Below are positions 42,790-53,071 of a DNA stretch of 64,000 nt, in pieces (the first letter of the stretch is position 1; each line of letters begins with the position of its first letter). The DNA is from Verrucomicrobiota bacterium (GTDB lineage: Bacteria; Verrucomicrobiota; Verrucomicrobiia; Limisphaerales; AAA164-E04). The stretch lies in the NCBI GenBank assembly GCA_047947115.1, contig CP170459.1:3168001-3232000 (forward strand), read 5' to 3'. The position numbers and the translations under genes are program-made. Under the pieces are notes generated by a model that had not been told where the DNA came from, did no database searches, and worked only from the letters and a program-made list of their open reading frames with translations.

Positions 42790-44238
42790 ATGAAATGTAT
42801 CCCAACTCTTAGCTGTTCTGGCCTGCGTACATGGTCTGTCGGACCTTTCATGCTTCTTTCTTTATTGCTCCCTACGGCAGTTTCAGGGAAGGAAAACCCG
42901 TCACAAGGTCTCAAACCATGGTCTGAAAACCACTGGTATTGGGAGTATGATGGGGAACCTGTGCTCTTGGTCGGAGGGAGTGATGACGATAACTTGTTCC
43001 AGTGGCCAAAGGATCTCTTGATTGAGCAACTGGATCGTATTGCGTCGGCAGGAGGGAATCTGATCCGAAACACCATGAGTGATCGAAAAGACAAGGGATT
43101 TGAACTCTATCCTTTCAAGGAAATTACAAAAGGTCATTACGATCTGGATCAATGGAATGATGCATACTGGGACCGGTTTGATACTTTGCTCAAGGAAACG
43201 GCCAAGCGATCAATCATCGTGCAGATAGAAATTTGGGATCGGTTTGATTACACGGATTCGGGTGGTTCCAATCGTTGGCAAATCCATCCTTACAATCCAA
43301 AGAACAATGTGAACTATACCTATGCCACTTCCGGTTTTGCGGCGGAATATCCCGATCATCCGGTTGCCAACAAGCAGCCTTTCTTCTATACAACCCCTCA
43401 GCAGCGCAACAATGGCACGGTGTTGAAATATCAACGGAAATTTGTCGACAAAATGTTGGATATTTCACTGCAATTCGATCATGTGCTCTACTGCATGGAC
43501 AATGAAACCAAGGCACAACCGGAGTGGGGGGCTTACTGGGCGGGTATTGTGAAAACAAGGGCGCAACAGGATGGGAAACAGGTGTTTGTAACAGAAATGT
43601 GGGATGACTGGAATCTGAAGACGGAACGGCATCGCCAGACCTTTGATCACCCTGAACTCTACGACTTCGTGGATGTGTCTCAGAACAATCACAACAGTGG
43701 ACGTCAACATTGGGATAATTTTCTTTACGTCAAAAACTACCTTTCCAAACGTCCGCGTCCAATCAATACCACCAAAACATACGGCGCAACTGGTAACAAA
43801 TTTGGTCACACCGATCAGGACGCCATCGAACGGATCTGGCGGCACCTTTTGGCAGGTGCTGCTTCAGTGCGATTTCATCGTCCTGATTCTGGACTCGGTA
43901 TCAATGACAAAGCGGTCGCCTGCATCAAGGCAGTTCGTTTGGTTGAGAGCGAGGTGGGATTCTGGAGTTTGTCTCCGGCTATGGATCGTATCCATACTCA
44001 GGGAGACAACCATGCGTTTGCTGCAGCATCGGGCAATAGGACGCTGATTGTGTTTATTACGGGACAACACGAGGTTGAGTTGAGAGGCATGCGGCCATTA
44101 GCAACGCGAACTTTTCAGTGGTTTGATGTGGACTCAGGACTTGAGGATTCCTCTTATCTATACAAAGGGAGCATGATAAAATCCATCAAACCGCCGCGAA
44201 AAGGTAACTGGGTCGCGATCATTATCGATTTAGAATAG
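42790..44238 (+). CDS. Secreted TIM-barrel glycoside hydrolase-like protein (clan GH-A / DUF4038-like)
   Basis: YW.Y.GEPVLLVG, YDLDQWNDAYWDRF, IVQIEIWD and YCMDNET (NE acid/base-like) motifs; exact family and start uncertain. Confidence 0.7.
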   Translation: MKCIPTLSCSGLRTWSVGPFMLLSLLLPTAVSGKENPSQGLKPWSENHWYWEYDGEPVLLVGGSDDDNLFQWPKDLLIEQLDRIASAGGNLIRNTMSDRKDKGFELYPFKEITKGHYDLDQWNDAYWDRFDTLLKETAKRSIIVQIEIWDRFDYTDSGGSNRWQIHPYNPKNNVNYTYATSGFAAEYPDHPVANKQPFFYTTPQQRNNGTVLKYQRKFVDKMLDISLQFDHVLYCMDNETKAQPEWGAYWAGIVKTRAQQDGKQVFVTEMWDDWNLKTERHRQTFDHPELYDFVDVSQNNHNSGRQHWDNFLYVKNYLSKRPRPINTTKTYGATGNKFGHTDQDAIERIWRHLLAGAASVRFHRPDSGLGINDKAVACIKAVRLVESEVGFWSLSPAMDRIHTQGDNHAFAAASGNRTLIVFITGQHEVELRGMRPLATRTFQWFDVDSGLEDSSYLYKGSMIKSIKPPRKGNWVAIIIDLE

Positions 44239-44348
44239 TAACATTCTGCTCAAAAAGCTGTTGGACAGCACATCACGAACCAGCAGGATAGAGCTGAAGC
44301 TGGAGCCTATGGGCGCGCATGATAATGGTTAATCAACGGGTGTTGAAC

Positions 44349-45899
44349 TCAGGCCATTTTGTTGTCGGCCACATGGTAGTTGGGATCCTCCATGATATTG
44401 ACCTCCACGATGTCCGCTGCTTTATCCAGCAGGTTCAGACAATCTTTGCTCAGATGGCGTAAGTGGAGTTTGGTGCCGTGATTCAGGTAACGTTCGGTGA
44501 GCGTGTTGATGGCTTCAATTCCCGAGTGATCACAGACCCTGGAATCCTTGAAATCAATGATCACATCTTCCGGATCCTCGCTTGGGTTGAACTTTTCCTG
44601 AAACTCTTTTACCGAAGCAAAGAACAACGGACCTTCCAGTAGATACATTTTGGTTCCGTGATCATTGATGGTTTCAGTGACGTGAATATGTTTGGCAGAC
44701 TTCCACGCGAACACCAGAGCGGAAACCAGCACGCCGACCAAAACAGCCAGGGCCAGGTCGGTGAAAACGGTTACGACTGAAACAAGGATGACCACAAATA
44801 AATCCTCCTTGGGAACGCGGCCATAGAGACGCAGCGAAGCCCATTCGAATGTCCCCAAAACCACCATCATCATGACACCGGTCAAGGCCGCCAGGGGAAT
44901 CATTTCGATATAACGGGAACCAACCAGGATGAAAGAAAGGAGAAAGATGGATGCCGAAATGCCCGACAGGCGTCCCCGTCCGCCCGACCTGATATTGATC
45001 ATGCTTTGACCGATCATCGCGCAACCTCCCATGCCGCCGAAGAAACCGGTCAGGATGTTGGCAGCGCCTTGTCCGATGCATTCCTTGTTGCCACGTCCAC
45101 GGGTTTCAGTCAGTTCATCAATCAGGGACATCGTCATGAGAGATTCGATCAATCCCACGGCAGCCATGATGGCTGAATATTTCCAGATGATATTCAGGGT
45201 TTCCAGGTTCATGGGAACTGTGAACCATTTCCAGGTTGGCAATCCTCCCCCGATACCGGCCAGGTCCCCCACGGTTTGGGAGTGAAAACCAGAAGTGGAT
45301 TCGATCAGGATGGTGATGCCGGTCACAGTCAGAATAGCCGCTAGAGAAGAGGGGATCGCCTTGGTGAATCTGGGAAGGAAATGGATGATCAACATGGTTA
45401 ATCCGACCAGACCAAGCATCAGGTAGAGGTCTTTGCCTGATTTCCAGGCAGCGTCAGGTGCAGTGGGATCCACGGTGAACTGCGGGATCTGAGCGAGGAA
45501 AATCACAATGGCAAGGCCGTTGACAAAACCCAGCATGACCGGATGCGGAACAAGCCGGATGAATTTCCCCAACCTGAGCAGACCAACAGCCACCTGAATC
45601 AAGCCCATGAGCACAACCGTTGGGAACAGATACTCCACCCCATGCTGCGCGACCAATGAGACGCAAACGACCGCCAGAGCGCCGGTGGCTCCGGAAATCA
45701 TGCCCGGGCGGCCGCCAAAAATGGCCGTGATCAAGCCTACGATAAACGCGGCATAAAGTCCCACCAAAGGTGCGACGCCGGCGACAAACGCAAACGCCAC
45801 AGCCTCGGGAACCAAGGCCAATGCCACGGTCAAACCGGACAACAAATCATCTTTCGCACGGAAACGCTTTCCGTACTTTCGGTATATCAAATCAAACAT
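44349..45899 (-). CDS. SulP/SLC26 anion transporter with STAS domain
   Basis: [41 protein letters not shown] and GPLFFAS motifs. Confidence 0.95.
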   Translation of the reverse strand: MFDLIYRKYGKRFRAKDDLLSGLTVALALVPEAVAFAFVAGVAPLVGLYAAFIVGLITAIFGGRPGMISGATGALAVVCVSLVAQHGVEYLFPTVVLMGLIQVAVGLLRLGKFIRLVPHPVMLGFVNGLAIVIFLAQIPQFTVDPTAPDAAWKSGKDLYLMLGLVGLTMLIIHFLPRFTKAIPSSLAAILTVTGITILIESTSGFHSQTVGDLAGIGGGLPTWKWFTVPMNLETLNIIWKYSAIMAAVGLIESLMTMSLIDELTETRGRGNKECIGQGAANILTGFFGGMGGCAMIGQSMINIRSGGRGRLSGISASIFLLSFILVGSRYIEMIPLAALTGVMMMVVLGTFEWASLRLYGRVPKEDLFVVILVSVVTVFTDLALAVLVGVLVSALVFAWKSAKHIHVTETINDHGTKMYLLEGPLFFASVKEFQEKFNPSEDPEDVIIDFKDSRVCDHSGIEAINTLTERYLNHGTKLHLRHLSKDCLNLLDKAADIVEVNIMEDPNYHVADNKMA

Positions 45900-46083
45900 G
45901 GATATAAACTGCGAACTTACGTTGGAAGTCGAACAGAAGTTCCTTCGGGTTTGGAAGGGAGGGAGACCGTATGAAACCTGGCTCCGGAGGTCAATGGCAA
46001 TCCATGTGAAAATACCGTGACGGTTACCGCGTCATCCTCATATGATTCACAACGTGATGTAAGTTCAAGGGAAATTTTGTGGA

Positions 46084-46121
46084 ATGACAATTATTTTTCG
46101 AAGTCGAAGAATAATTGTCAT
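46084..46121. repeat. 18-bp-arm inverted repeat overlapping the vapC stop codon
   Basis: ATGACAATTATTTTTCGA-AG-TCGAAGAATAATTGTCAT, one mismatch. Confidence 0.85.
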
Positions 46122-46555
46122 AGACCAGAAATTAATGGATTCCAAACTTTCGCGAATCCTAATTGACGGAAATCTTTGACATTCGCAGTGGCGAAATGAG
46201 TGACACCATGTTCCTGCAATGTATATGCCAATCGCACATCAAACAGTCGTCTTCTGGCGAAATGCTTTTCCCCGGCCTTCTTCCATACTTGATTCATGAC
46301 GCTGGCTTTTTCCACCACCGACCACTTGGGATTTGCTCGAAAGGCTTGAACTACCTGGGTAGCTTCCTTGGCCTCAACTTCTCGTCCCATCAAAATTGGG
46401 CTGCGTAACAACTGATACAGTTCCATCAGTACGAGTTCTGCAATCACAATTTCGGTTGAATCAGACCAATTCGCCAGGATTGTCTTTGCTTTGGTATGTT
46501 CTTCCATCCCTGTATGTAGGGCGTAAAATAACAGATTTGTATCTACTCCAATCAT
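46118..46555 (-). CDS. vapC: PIN-domain toxin
   Basis: MIGVDTNLL, E.Y.LLR, RLFD..LA and FATAN.KDF motifs; ATG at 46555, 2 bp after the antitoxin stop. Confidence 0.9.
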   Translation of the reverse strand: MIGVDTNLLFYALHTGMEEHTKAKTILANWSDSTEIVIAELVLMELYQLLRSPILMGREVEAKEATQVVQAFRANPKWSVVEKASVMNQVWKKAGEKHFARRRLFDVRLAYTLQEHGVTHFATANVKDFRQLGFAKVWNPLISGL

Positions 46556-46557
46556 TT

Positions 46558-46821
46558 TCAGGCTTTCAGTTTGGATAGCAAGAATTCGTCTCTCATGTCG
46601 TTCTGGAAGTTTTTTAATTCCTCGGCACTTATGGGAGGTGTATTGCCGCATGCAATCTCGGGTACACTCCAACTTTCTTGACGGATGGGATTTGTGTGTG
46701 TCTCTGCCATGTATTCTAATCCACGTCTAAAGACTTCCGCCAAGGACCATTCCTTGGCTTTGGCAATCTCTTTTGCCTTGTGGTATAGCTCATCGGGAAC
46801 GGTGATTTGGGTTTTAATCAT
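46558..46821 (-). CDS. vapB: Ribbon-helix-helix antitoxin
   Basis: MIKTQITVPDELYHKAK......SLAEVFRRGLE RHH pattern, directly upstream of the PIN toxin. Confidence 0.85.
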   Translation of the reverse strand: MIKTQITVPDELYHKAKEIAKAKEWSLAEVFRRGLEYMAETHTNPIRQESWSVPEIACGNTPPISAEELKNFQNDMRDEFLLSKLKA

Positions 46822-46855
46822 GATGGCAATTTGCCACATGGTGTTTATTGGTCAA
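46819..46855 (-). promoter_or_regulatory. vapBC promoter with palindromic operator
   Basis: Minus strand TTGACC-N16-CAAATT(TG-extended)-N6-ATG; palindrome TGGCAA-T-TTGCCA at 46824-46836 covers the -10 element. Confidence 0.6.
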
Positions 46856-46914
46856 GATTGATGTTCAATAATTGATTTTCGACTACGCTCACCAAACGGT
46901 GCACTGTGAGGGAC

Positions 46915-46947
46915 AAAAAAAGCCCTTTCCTGTGAAGGAAAGGGCTT
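46915..46947 (-). terminator. Rho-independent terminator after fusA
   Basis: Stem AAGCCCTTTCCT/AGGAAAGGGCTT with a 4-nt loop and an adjacent A-run (U-tract on the minus strand). Confidence 0.9.
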
Positions 46948-46972
46948 CTGTAAAACAGGAATGCCTGAAAGA

Positions 46973-49051
46973 TTATTTCTTTTCCTTGCTGCGTTCAGCG
47001 ATGATCGCCTCGGAAACGGAATTGGGGCACTCTGAATAGTGCGAGAATTCCATGGAGAACTGGCCACGACCCGAGGTCATGGAGCGCAGGTCGCCGATGT
47101 AACCGAACATTTCGCTCAGGGGAGCTTCGGCTTTGACGCGCACACCGGTTGGTCCGTTGTCCTGACCCTGAATCATCCCGCGACGTCGGCTCAAGTCACC
47201 GATCACGTCACCCACATTGTCGTCCGGAGTGAACACGTCGATCTTCATGATCGGTTCAAGCAGCACCGGGCTCGCTTTGGGGATGGACTGACGATAGGCT
47301 GATTTGGCTGCGATTTCGAAGGCGATGGCCGATGAGTCGACTGCGTGATAAGCACCGTCCTTAAGGATAAAGCGAACATCCACCAACGGGAACTTGGCAA
47401 GGACGCCTTGGGTGATGGACAATTTGAATCCTTTTTCCACGGCAGGCCAGTATTCTCTGGGAACGTTCCCACCAACCACTTTGGATTCGAAGAAGAATCC
47501 GCTTCCGGGTTCGCCTGGTTCGATGGTGTAATCCACACGACCGAACTGACCGGAACCACCGGATTGTTTCTTGTGGGTGTAGGTGTCGTTGACTGATTTG
47601 CGAATGGTTTCGCGGTAGGCCACTTGGGGTTTGCCAACGATTACTTCCACACCATAGGTGCGCTTGAGGATGTCGACTTTAATGTCCAAGTGAAGCTCGC
47701 CCATGCCCTTCAGAATGGTTTCACCGGAATCGATATCGGTTTCCACGCGGAAAGAAGGATCTTCTGCCACCATTTTACCGAGCGCGGTGCTCAGCTTGTC
47801 GATCTGACCTTTCTCCTTGGGTTCAATGGCGATGGAAATAACCGGGTCCGGAAATACCATGGGCTCCAATGTGGCTGGATCGTCCGGATCGCACAGAGTA
47901 TGACCCGTGTGGGTGTTTTTCATACCCAGTAGAGCAACGATGTCACCTGCGCTTGCACTGTCCAGCTCTTCACGGCTGTTTGCATGCATCAACACAATTC
48001 GGCTGATTCGTTCTTCTTTGCCGGTAAAGGTGTTCAGAATGTTTTGCCCCTTCGTCATCTTGCCTGAATAGAGGCGCACAAAGGTCAGGGCACCGTATCG
48101 GTCATCCATGATTTTGAATGCCAGGGCACGCAAAGGTTTGTTGGCATCCACAATGGCGTATTTGCCGGTTTCGTTACCTTCCAGATCCACTTCAGGCTGA
48201 GGTTTGACTTCGGTTGGGCTGGGGAGGTAGTCAACCACAGCATCCAAGACCAGCTGAACACCCTTGTTCTTGAAAGACGAACCGCAATAGGTCGGGAAGA
48301 AATCCAGATTGATTGTACCCTTGCGGATGCATTTCTTGATCGTTTCGACGTCGGGTTCATTGCCTTCCAAATAGGCTTCCATGACCTCTTCATCCATTTC
48401 GACAGCCGTTTCAATCAACTCGGCGCGATATTGTTCAACCTTGTCCACCATGTCAGCAGGGACATCTTCGATCTTGTAGTGCATCGGATCGCCGGTGTTA
48501 TCCCACTTCCAAGCCTTACGGGTCAGAAGGTCAACAACCCCTTCAAATTTATCCTGTTCACCGATGGGCAGCACCATGACCAGAGGCTTGGCTGCCAGGA
48601 TGTTTTTCACCTGGTCGACGACGCGGAAGAAGTTTGCGCCGACACGGTCCAGTTTGTTGACATAAATGATTCGGGAAACTTCCGAGTCATTGGCGTAGCG
48701 CCAATTGGTTTCGGACTGGGGTTCCACACCACCAGAGCCGCAAAATACCCCGATACCTCCGTCCAATACTTTCAGAGAACGGTAAACTTCAATAGTGAAG
48801 TCCACGTGACCTGGGGTGTCGATGATGTTCAGCGTGTGGTCATTCCATATGCAAGAGGTGGCGGCTGACTGGATGGTGATGCCACGCTCTTTTTCTTGAT
48901 CCATGAAGTCAGTGGTCGCGGCGCCGTCGTGCACCTCACCGAGTTTATGGATTTTGCCGGTTAATTTGAGGATACGTTCGGTCGTCGTGGTCTTTCCGGC
49001 GTCCACGTGGGCGAAAATACCGATATTTCTGTATCGGGAGAGGTTTTGCAT
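46973..49051 (-). CDS. fusA: Elongation factor G (stand-alone copy)
   Basis: [46 protein letters not shown] and [10 protein letters not shown] motifs; start placed at ATG 49051. Confidence 0.96.
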   Translation of the reverse strand: MQNLSRYRNIGIFAHVDAGKTTTTERILKLTGKIHKLGEVHDGAATTDFMDQEKERGITIQSAATSCIWNDHTLNIIDTPGHVDFTIEVYRSLKVLDGGIGVFCGSGGVEPQSETNWRYANDSEVSRIIYVNKLDRVGANFFRVVDQVKNILAAKPLVMVLPIGEQDKFEGVVDLLTRKAWKWDNTGDPMHYKIEDVPADMVDKVEQYRAELIETAVEMDEEVMEAYLEGNEPDVETIKKCIRKGTINLDFFPTYCGSSFKNKGVQLVLDAVVDYLPSPTEVKPQPEVDLEGNETGKYAIVDANKPLRALAFKIMDDRYGALTFVRLYSGKMTKGQNILNTFTGKEERISRIVLMHANSREELDSASAGDIVALLGMKNTHTGHTLCDPDDPATLEPMVFPDPVISIAIEPKEKGQIDKLSTALGKMVAEDPSFRVETDIDSGETILKGMGELHLDIKVDILKRTYGVEVIVGKPQVAYRETIRKSVNDTYTHKKQSGGSGQFGRVDYTIEPGEPGSGFFFESKVVGGNVPREYWPAVEKGFKLSITQGVLAKFPLVDVRFILKDGAYHAVDSSAIAFEIAAKSAYRQSIPKASPVLLEPIMKIDVFTPDDNVGDVIGDLSRRRGMIQGQDNGPTGVRVKAEAPLSEMFGYIGDLRSMTSGRGQFSMEFSHYSECPNSVSEAIIAERSKEKK

Positions 49052-49545
49052 TTTTATCTTTCTGTTTCCTAAGTCCAGCGACATATAGTGTCGCAAGCGG
49101 ACCTTGGTATAGATTATTCAGGATTTTGCAATGTTAGATTTACTTTTTTTCCGTTTTTTTCAATCCCTACCCCGTTTTTTTCACGACCTCACGTGAGGAG
49201 GAATGTGGCCGGAAATAGATCCGGTGAACCATTTCGTAAACAGCAATTAGAAAAATCCGATGAATGGTTTCTGAAATGTGGCTGGACTCCTGTGATTCAG
49301 CATGAGGAAAGGTTCGGGCTTTGCTGCATTGAGAACAGGAACATCGATAAATTTAATCCTCACCCGATGACACGGAGCAACAAGCGGGATGTCAGAAAAT
49401 AAAGAAAGGACAAAGCATCATGAATTCACAGGAAATATTGATTCAAGCCTGGAGCTCGGAAATCTTTTACCAGTCTGAAAATGGAGAATCTTCCCCAAAC
49501 TTTGGTGTAGACCCAGTGTGTTTTGTAACTTGTTGAAAAAGAAAA

Positions 49546-49623
49546 TGGTCGGAGCGACAGGATTCGAACCTGCGACATCCAGCTCCCAAAGCTGGCGCTC
49601 TAGCCAAGCTGAGCTACGCTCCG
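49546..49623 (-). tRNA. tRNA-Pro (anticodon UGG)
   Basis: Reverse complement CGGAGCGTAGCTCAGCTTGGCTAGAGCGCCAGCTTTGGGAGCTGGATGTCGCAGGTTCGAATCCTGTCGCTCCGACCA folds as a cloverleaf with TGG anticodon, TTCGAAT T-loop and encoded CCA. Confidence 0.97.
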
Positions 49624-49761
49624 AACCAGAGCAGGTGGCTATATGAGGGCAAAACCGGTCGCTTGCAAAGGTTTTTTTTACTTTTTCTTTCTCTTTTTTT
49701 ATTCGACTCGAAATTTGGCTTTTTTAAGGTCCTGGTGTATGGTGGTCGAGTTCAAATTCTC

Positions 49762-50421
49762 ATGATGCGTTGGTTTCCATTACTGGTATTGCTGGTCCTG
49801 GTCGGAATGATGGGGTATTTCGTGATCCCGTTCCGTCCCGAGGCCCTGGATACGCATCGTTATGACTCTCTTTTCGCCGAGGTCGGCAAGAAGTATGAGG
49901 TGGATCCCGCCCTGGTCAAGGCGGTCGCCTGGCAGGAGAGTCATCTGAATCCAGATGCCAAGGGCGGTGTGGGGGAGTTGGGACTGATGCAACTCACCGA
50001 TATGGCTTCTTTCGAGTGGGCCGATTCCGAGGGCATCAAGACCTTTACTCCGGCTCATTTGACCCATCCGCGCACCAATGCCCTTGCGGGCGCTTTTTAT
50101 CTCTCCAAGATGCTGAAGAGATACCAGGACAAGGATCGTCCTGTGGTTTATGCTTTAGCGGATTATAATGCCGGTCGTAAGGCGGTGCTGGGTTGGATGG
50201 AGGAGGCCGGCGCCACCAATAGTGTTGTCTTTCTTGAACAGATGGATTACCCCGGCACGAAGGCTTACATCCGGTCCATTCTCGAATATCACCAGGATTT
50301 TCATAGTGATTTCAATGAGATGCCTCCCCGTCCGCTTGAGCAAAGTGTTTCATCCGATTCGCTGGCTTCTCTGGACGGCCAAGTGAATCGGCCCAATGCT
50401 GCTGTGGTTTCTGCTGAGTAG
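49762..50421 (+). CDS. Membrane-anchored lytic transglycosylase (SLT domain)
   Basis: VDPALVKAVAWQES, GLMQL and ALADYNAG motifs; N-terminal TM; start placed at ATG 49762. Confidence 0.9.
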   Translation: MMRWFPLLVLLVLVGMMGYFVIPFRPEALDTHRYDSLFAEVGKKYEVDPALVKAVAWQESHLNPDAKGGVGELGLMQLTDMASFEWADSEGIKTFTPAHLTHPRTNALAGAFYLSKMLKRYQDKDRPVVYALADYNAGRKAVLGWMEEAGATNSVVFLEQMDYPGTKAYIRSILEYHQDFHSDFNEMPPRPLEQSVSSDSLASLDGQVNRPNAAVVSAE

Positions 50422-50683
50422 AGCGGGGTTCAAAGCGGAACCCGGTCTTGAAGGGGGGGCTTCCATCAATTTAAAATGCGCCAAGCGCAAATGACGTATC
50501 AGCCGACCATGCCGACATCGGAATTAAGCTCTCTTCATTGATGTTGAAACGCATCTTATCCCATTCAAATTCAAGTTCATATTGATCGTGGAATATGAAA
50601 CAGCCCGCTTCCCGTTGAACACGCTGGCCGATCTTGATTTTCCGTGAAAGGGACACGGTCTCGTATCCACGCATGCCAAAGTG

Positions 50684-52078
50684 TTATCGTTCCTTGACAG
50701 GCCAATGTTCCGATGGGGTGCGTTCGTGGTCCAGGAAGCGGGTTAGTTTGGCGGCTACTTCCGGGTATTGTTTGGCTAGGTTATACTGTTCTCCGGAGTC
50801 TCCTGTGAGATGAAAGAGTTGAAGGGGATCTTTCGTGCCAAGTCGAACTCCTTTCCAGTTGCCCCAGCGCACGGCTTGTTTGAAACCGCGTTCGTGGAAT
50901 TCCCAGTAGAGCATGCGATCGGATAGGTCTTGCGTCTGTCCCATGAGCGTGGGCTTTATGCTGATTCCATCCAGTGCGGCGGGTGCGTCGATGCCTGCCA
51001 GGTCTGCGGCGGTTGGGAGGAAGTCTGCGAAATACCATGCCGTGTCGTTGACCGTGCCGGCACGGATCTGATGCGGCCATCGAACGATCATGGGAACTCG
51101 TATGCCGCCGTCGTGCATGGAGCGTTTGATGCCCTGCAAGGGGCCGTTCGAATCGTTGTAGTCAGGATCGTTGCCGCCTTCCCGATGAGGACCATTGTCC
51201 GAGGTGAAGAAGACGATGGTGTGGTCGTCGATGTTTAGCTCCTCCAAAAGAGCAAATATGCGACCAATGTCTCCGTCCATGCGACTGATCATTGCCCCGT
51301 GGCCTTTCTGTGGTTCGGGCCAGTCGAGATCGCTGTAATCACCCATGTCAGGCACTTCCATACCTCTGTTCCTGGCTTCGTTGTTGGCGTGCGGAATGGT
51401 GAATGCGAGATAGAGGAAGAAGGGGTGATCCGCATTGTCACGTATGTAGGCCAAGGCTTCTTCCGCCATTAGGTCATGGCTGTAATCCACTTTATTGTCT
51501 GAGACACCGCCGCCGACCTCGTCCTCATTCGGGACGATATTGCGGAGCAAAACTTTTTTTTCATTTCGCCATAGGTGTGTCGGGTAATAATTGTGAGCGT
51601 GACGTTGATTGAGGTAACCAAAGAAGTAATCGAATCCTTGTTGATTGGGATGCCCGGTTGTCTCCGGCTCGCCCAGGCCCCATTTTCCAATGAGGGCAGT
51701 GCGGTAGTCTTTTTGTTTCAAAACTTCGGCAACGGTCACATCCTCAGGGAGCAGCGGAACCCTGGCATTGCCTCGCACACGGGTGTGTCCCGTGTGGAGT
51801 CCGGTCATCAGCACCGACCGCGATGGGGCGCAGACGGTTGATCCGGCGTAAACCTGCGTGAAGCGCATGCCCTCTGAGGCCATGGTGTCCAGATTGGGGG
51901 TGTGAATGCGCTTCTGACCGTAACAGCCCAGGTCACCCCAGCCCAGATCATCCGCCATGATGTAGATAATATTGGGGCGGTCGCTGACGGTTGCGGCCTT
52001 GGATGGGCAAACGCTGGCAACCGTCAAAATGATAGCTGCCAATGCATACGATTGCCTGATCAATTTAGCGGAGAACAT
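50684..52078 (-). CDS. Arylsulfatase-like S1 sulfatase
   Basis: PNIIYIMADDLG, CAPSRSVLMTG, GKWGLG and FTSDNGPH motifs; signal peptide. Confidence 0.95.
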   Translation of the reverse strand: MFSAKLIRQSYALAAIILTVASVCPSKAATVSDRPNIIYIMADDLGWGDLGCYGQKRIHTPNLDTMASEGMRFTQVYAGSTVCAPSRSVLMTGLHTGHTRVRGNARVPLLPEDVTVAEVLKQKDYRTALIGKWGLGEPETTGHPNQQGFDYFFGYLNQRHAHNYYPTHLWRNEKKVLLRNIVPNEDEVGGGVSDNKVDYSHDLMAEEALAYIRDNADHPFFLYLAFTIPHANNEARNRGMEVPDMGDYSDLDWPEPQKGHGAMISRMDGDIGRIFALLEELNIDDHTIVFFTSDNGPHREGGNDPDYNDSNGPLQGIKRSMHDGGIRVPMIVRWPHQIRAGTVNDTAWYFADFLPTAADLAGIDAPAALDGISIKPTLMGQTQDLSDRMLYWEFHERGFKQAVRWGNWKGVRLGTKDPLQLFHLTGDSGEQYNLAKQYPEVAAKLTRFLDHERTPSEHWPVKER

Positions 52079-52302
52079 GAAGTCAGTGTAATCACTGCTT
52101 CAGCCAAAAACAACCCAAGACTGGGGGGCGACCGGAGGGACGAGTGGCATCTCGTTCCCTCAATGTCTCCTTCTGGTCTGCTGTGAAGAGGGGATGGACC
52201 GCGGGACGCCAAAGTGATTCGGCAGGCTGGGCATCTCCAGGACAGCAGGGTTTTAAAAACCAATGCTTTTTGATTGGAGCGGGGATCGCTCCCGAATTTT
52301 CG

Positions 52303-53070
52303 CTATTTACCGGCGCTCCATCCACCGTCGATGAGGAAAGGTGTGCCGGTGACAAACGATGATTCATCGCACGCCAGGTAAAGCGCTGCGGATGCGATTT
52401 CTTCCGGTTTGGCCATTCTTCCGAGTGCCTGGGTGGATGCCATTTCCTTGTAGGCTTTTTCCGGATCAGGGTATTCTTTCAGCCTGGCGGATACGAAGGG
52501 AGTTTCCACGCGACCAGGGCAGATGCAGTTGCAGCGGATGCCTTCGGCTGCGTGATCCAGGGCAATGCACTTGGTGAACCCCACAACCGCAAATTTGGTG
52601 GTGCAATAGGCAAGGCGATCTTTGACTGCCACCACTCCTCCGATGGAGGCCAGATTGATGATGTTGCCCTTTCCGCTGCCGATCATGTCTGTCAGGACCG
52701 CTTTGGTCATGTTGAACACACCCCGCACATTGACCGAATACATGCGGTCCAGATCTTCACCTTCAGTTTCAAGGAGGGTGCCCACGTGACCGATGCCGGC
52801 GTTGTTGACCAGCACGTCGATGTGACCGAATTCCTCTTGAACAGATTCGGAGACCTCGATGCATCCTTCTTCATCGGTGACATCCAGATGAATGGCCTTG
52901 GACTGTCCCCCATTTTCGATGATGGTCCCGGCTGTTTTTTGAGCCGCCGCCTCGTCCCGGTCGATGACACCCACAAAAGCACCCGCTTTGGCAAACAGAA
53001 TGGCAATGGCTTCGCCTATACCGGATCCGGCTCCGGTGACCAATGTGATCTTGTTGTCCAGACGAAACAT
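52303..53070 (-). CDS. SDR oxidoreductase (BDH2 / 2-keto-3-deoxy-L-fuconate dehydrogenase-like)
   Basis: TGAGSGIG, NNAG, YCTTK and GIRCNCICPGRVETP motifs. Confidence 0.88.
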   Translation of the reverse strand: MFRLDNKITLVTGAGSGIGEAIAILFAKAGAFVGVIDRDEAAAQKTAGTIIENGGQSKAIHLDVTDEEGCIEVSESVQEEFGHIDVLVNNAGIGHVGTLLETEGEDLDRMYSVNVRGVFNMTKAVLTDMIGSGKGNIINLASIGGVVAVKDRLAYCTTKFAVVGFTKCIALDHAAEGIRCNCICPGRVETPFVSARLKEYPDPEKAYKEMASTQALGRMAKPEEIASAALYLACDESSFVTGTPFLIDGGWSAGK

Positions 53071-53071
53071 A

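Noticed and set aside
44236..44345. Integron attC site after the GH gene
   Set aside because: TAAC and GTT triplets are present but do not match RYYYAAC/GTTRRRY with complementary arms, and there is no integrase.
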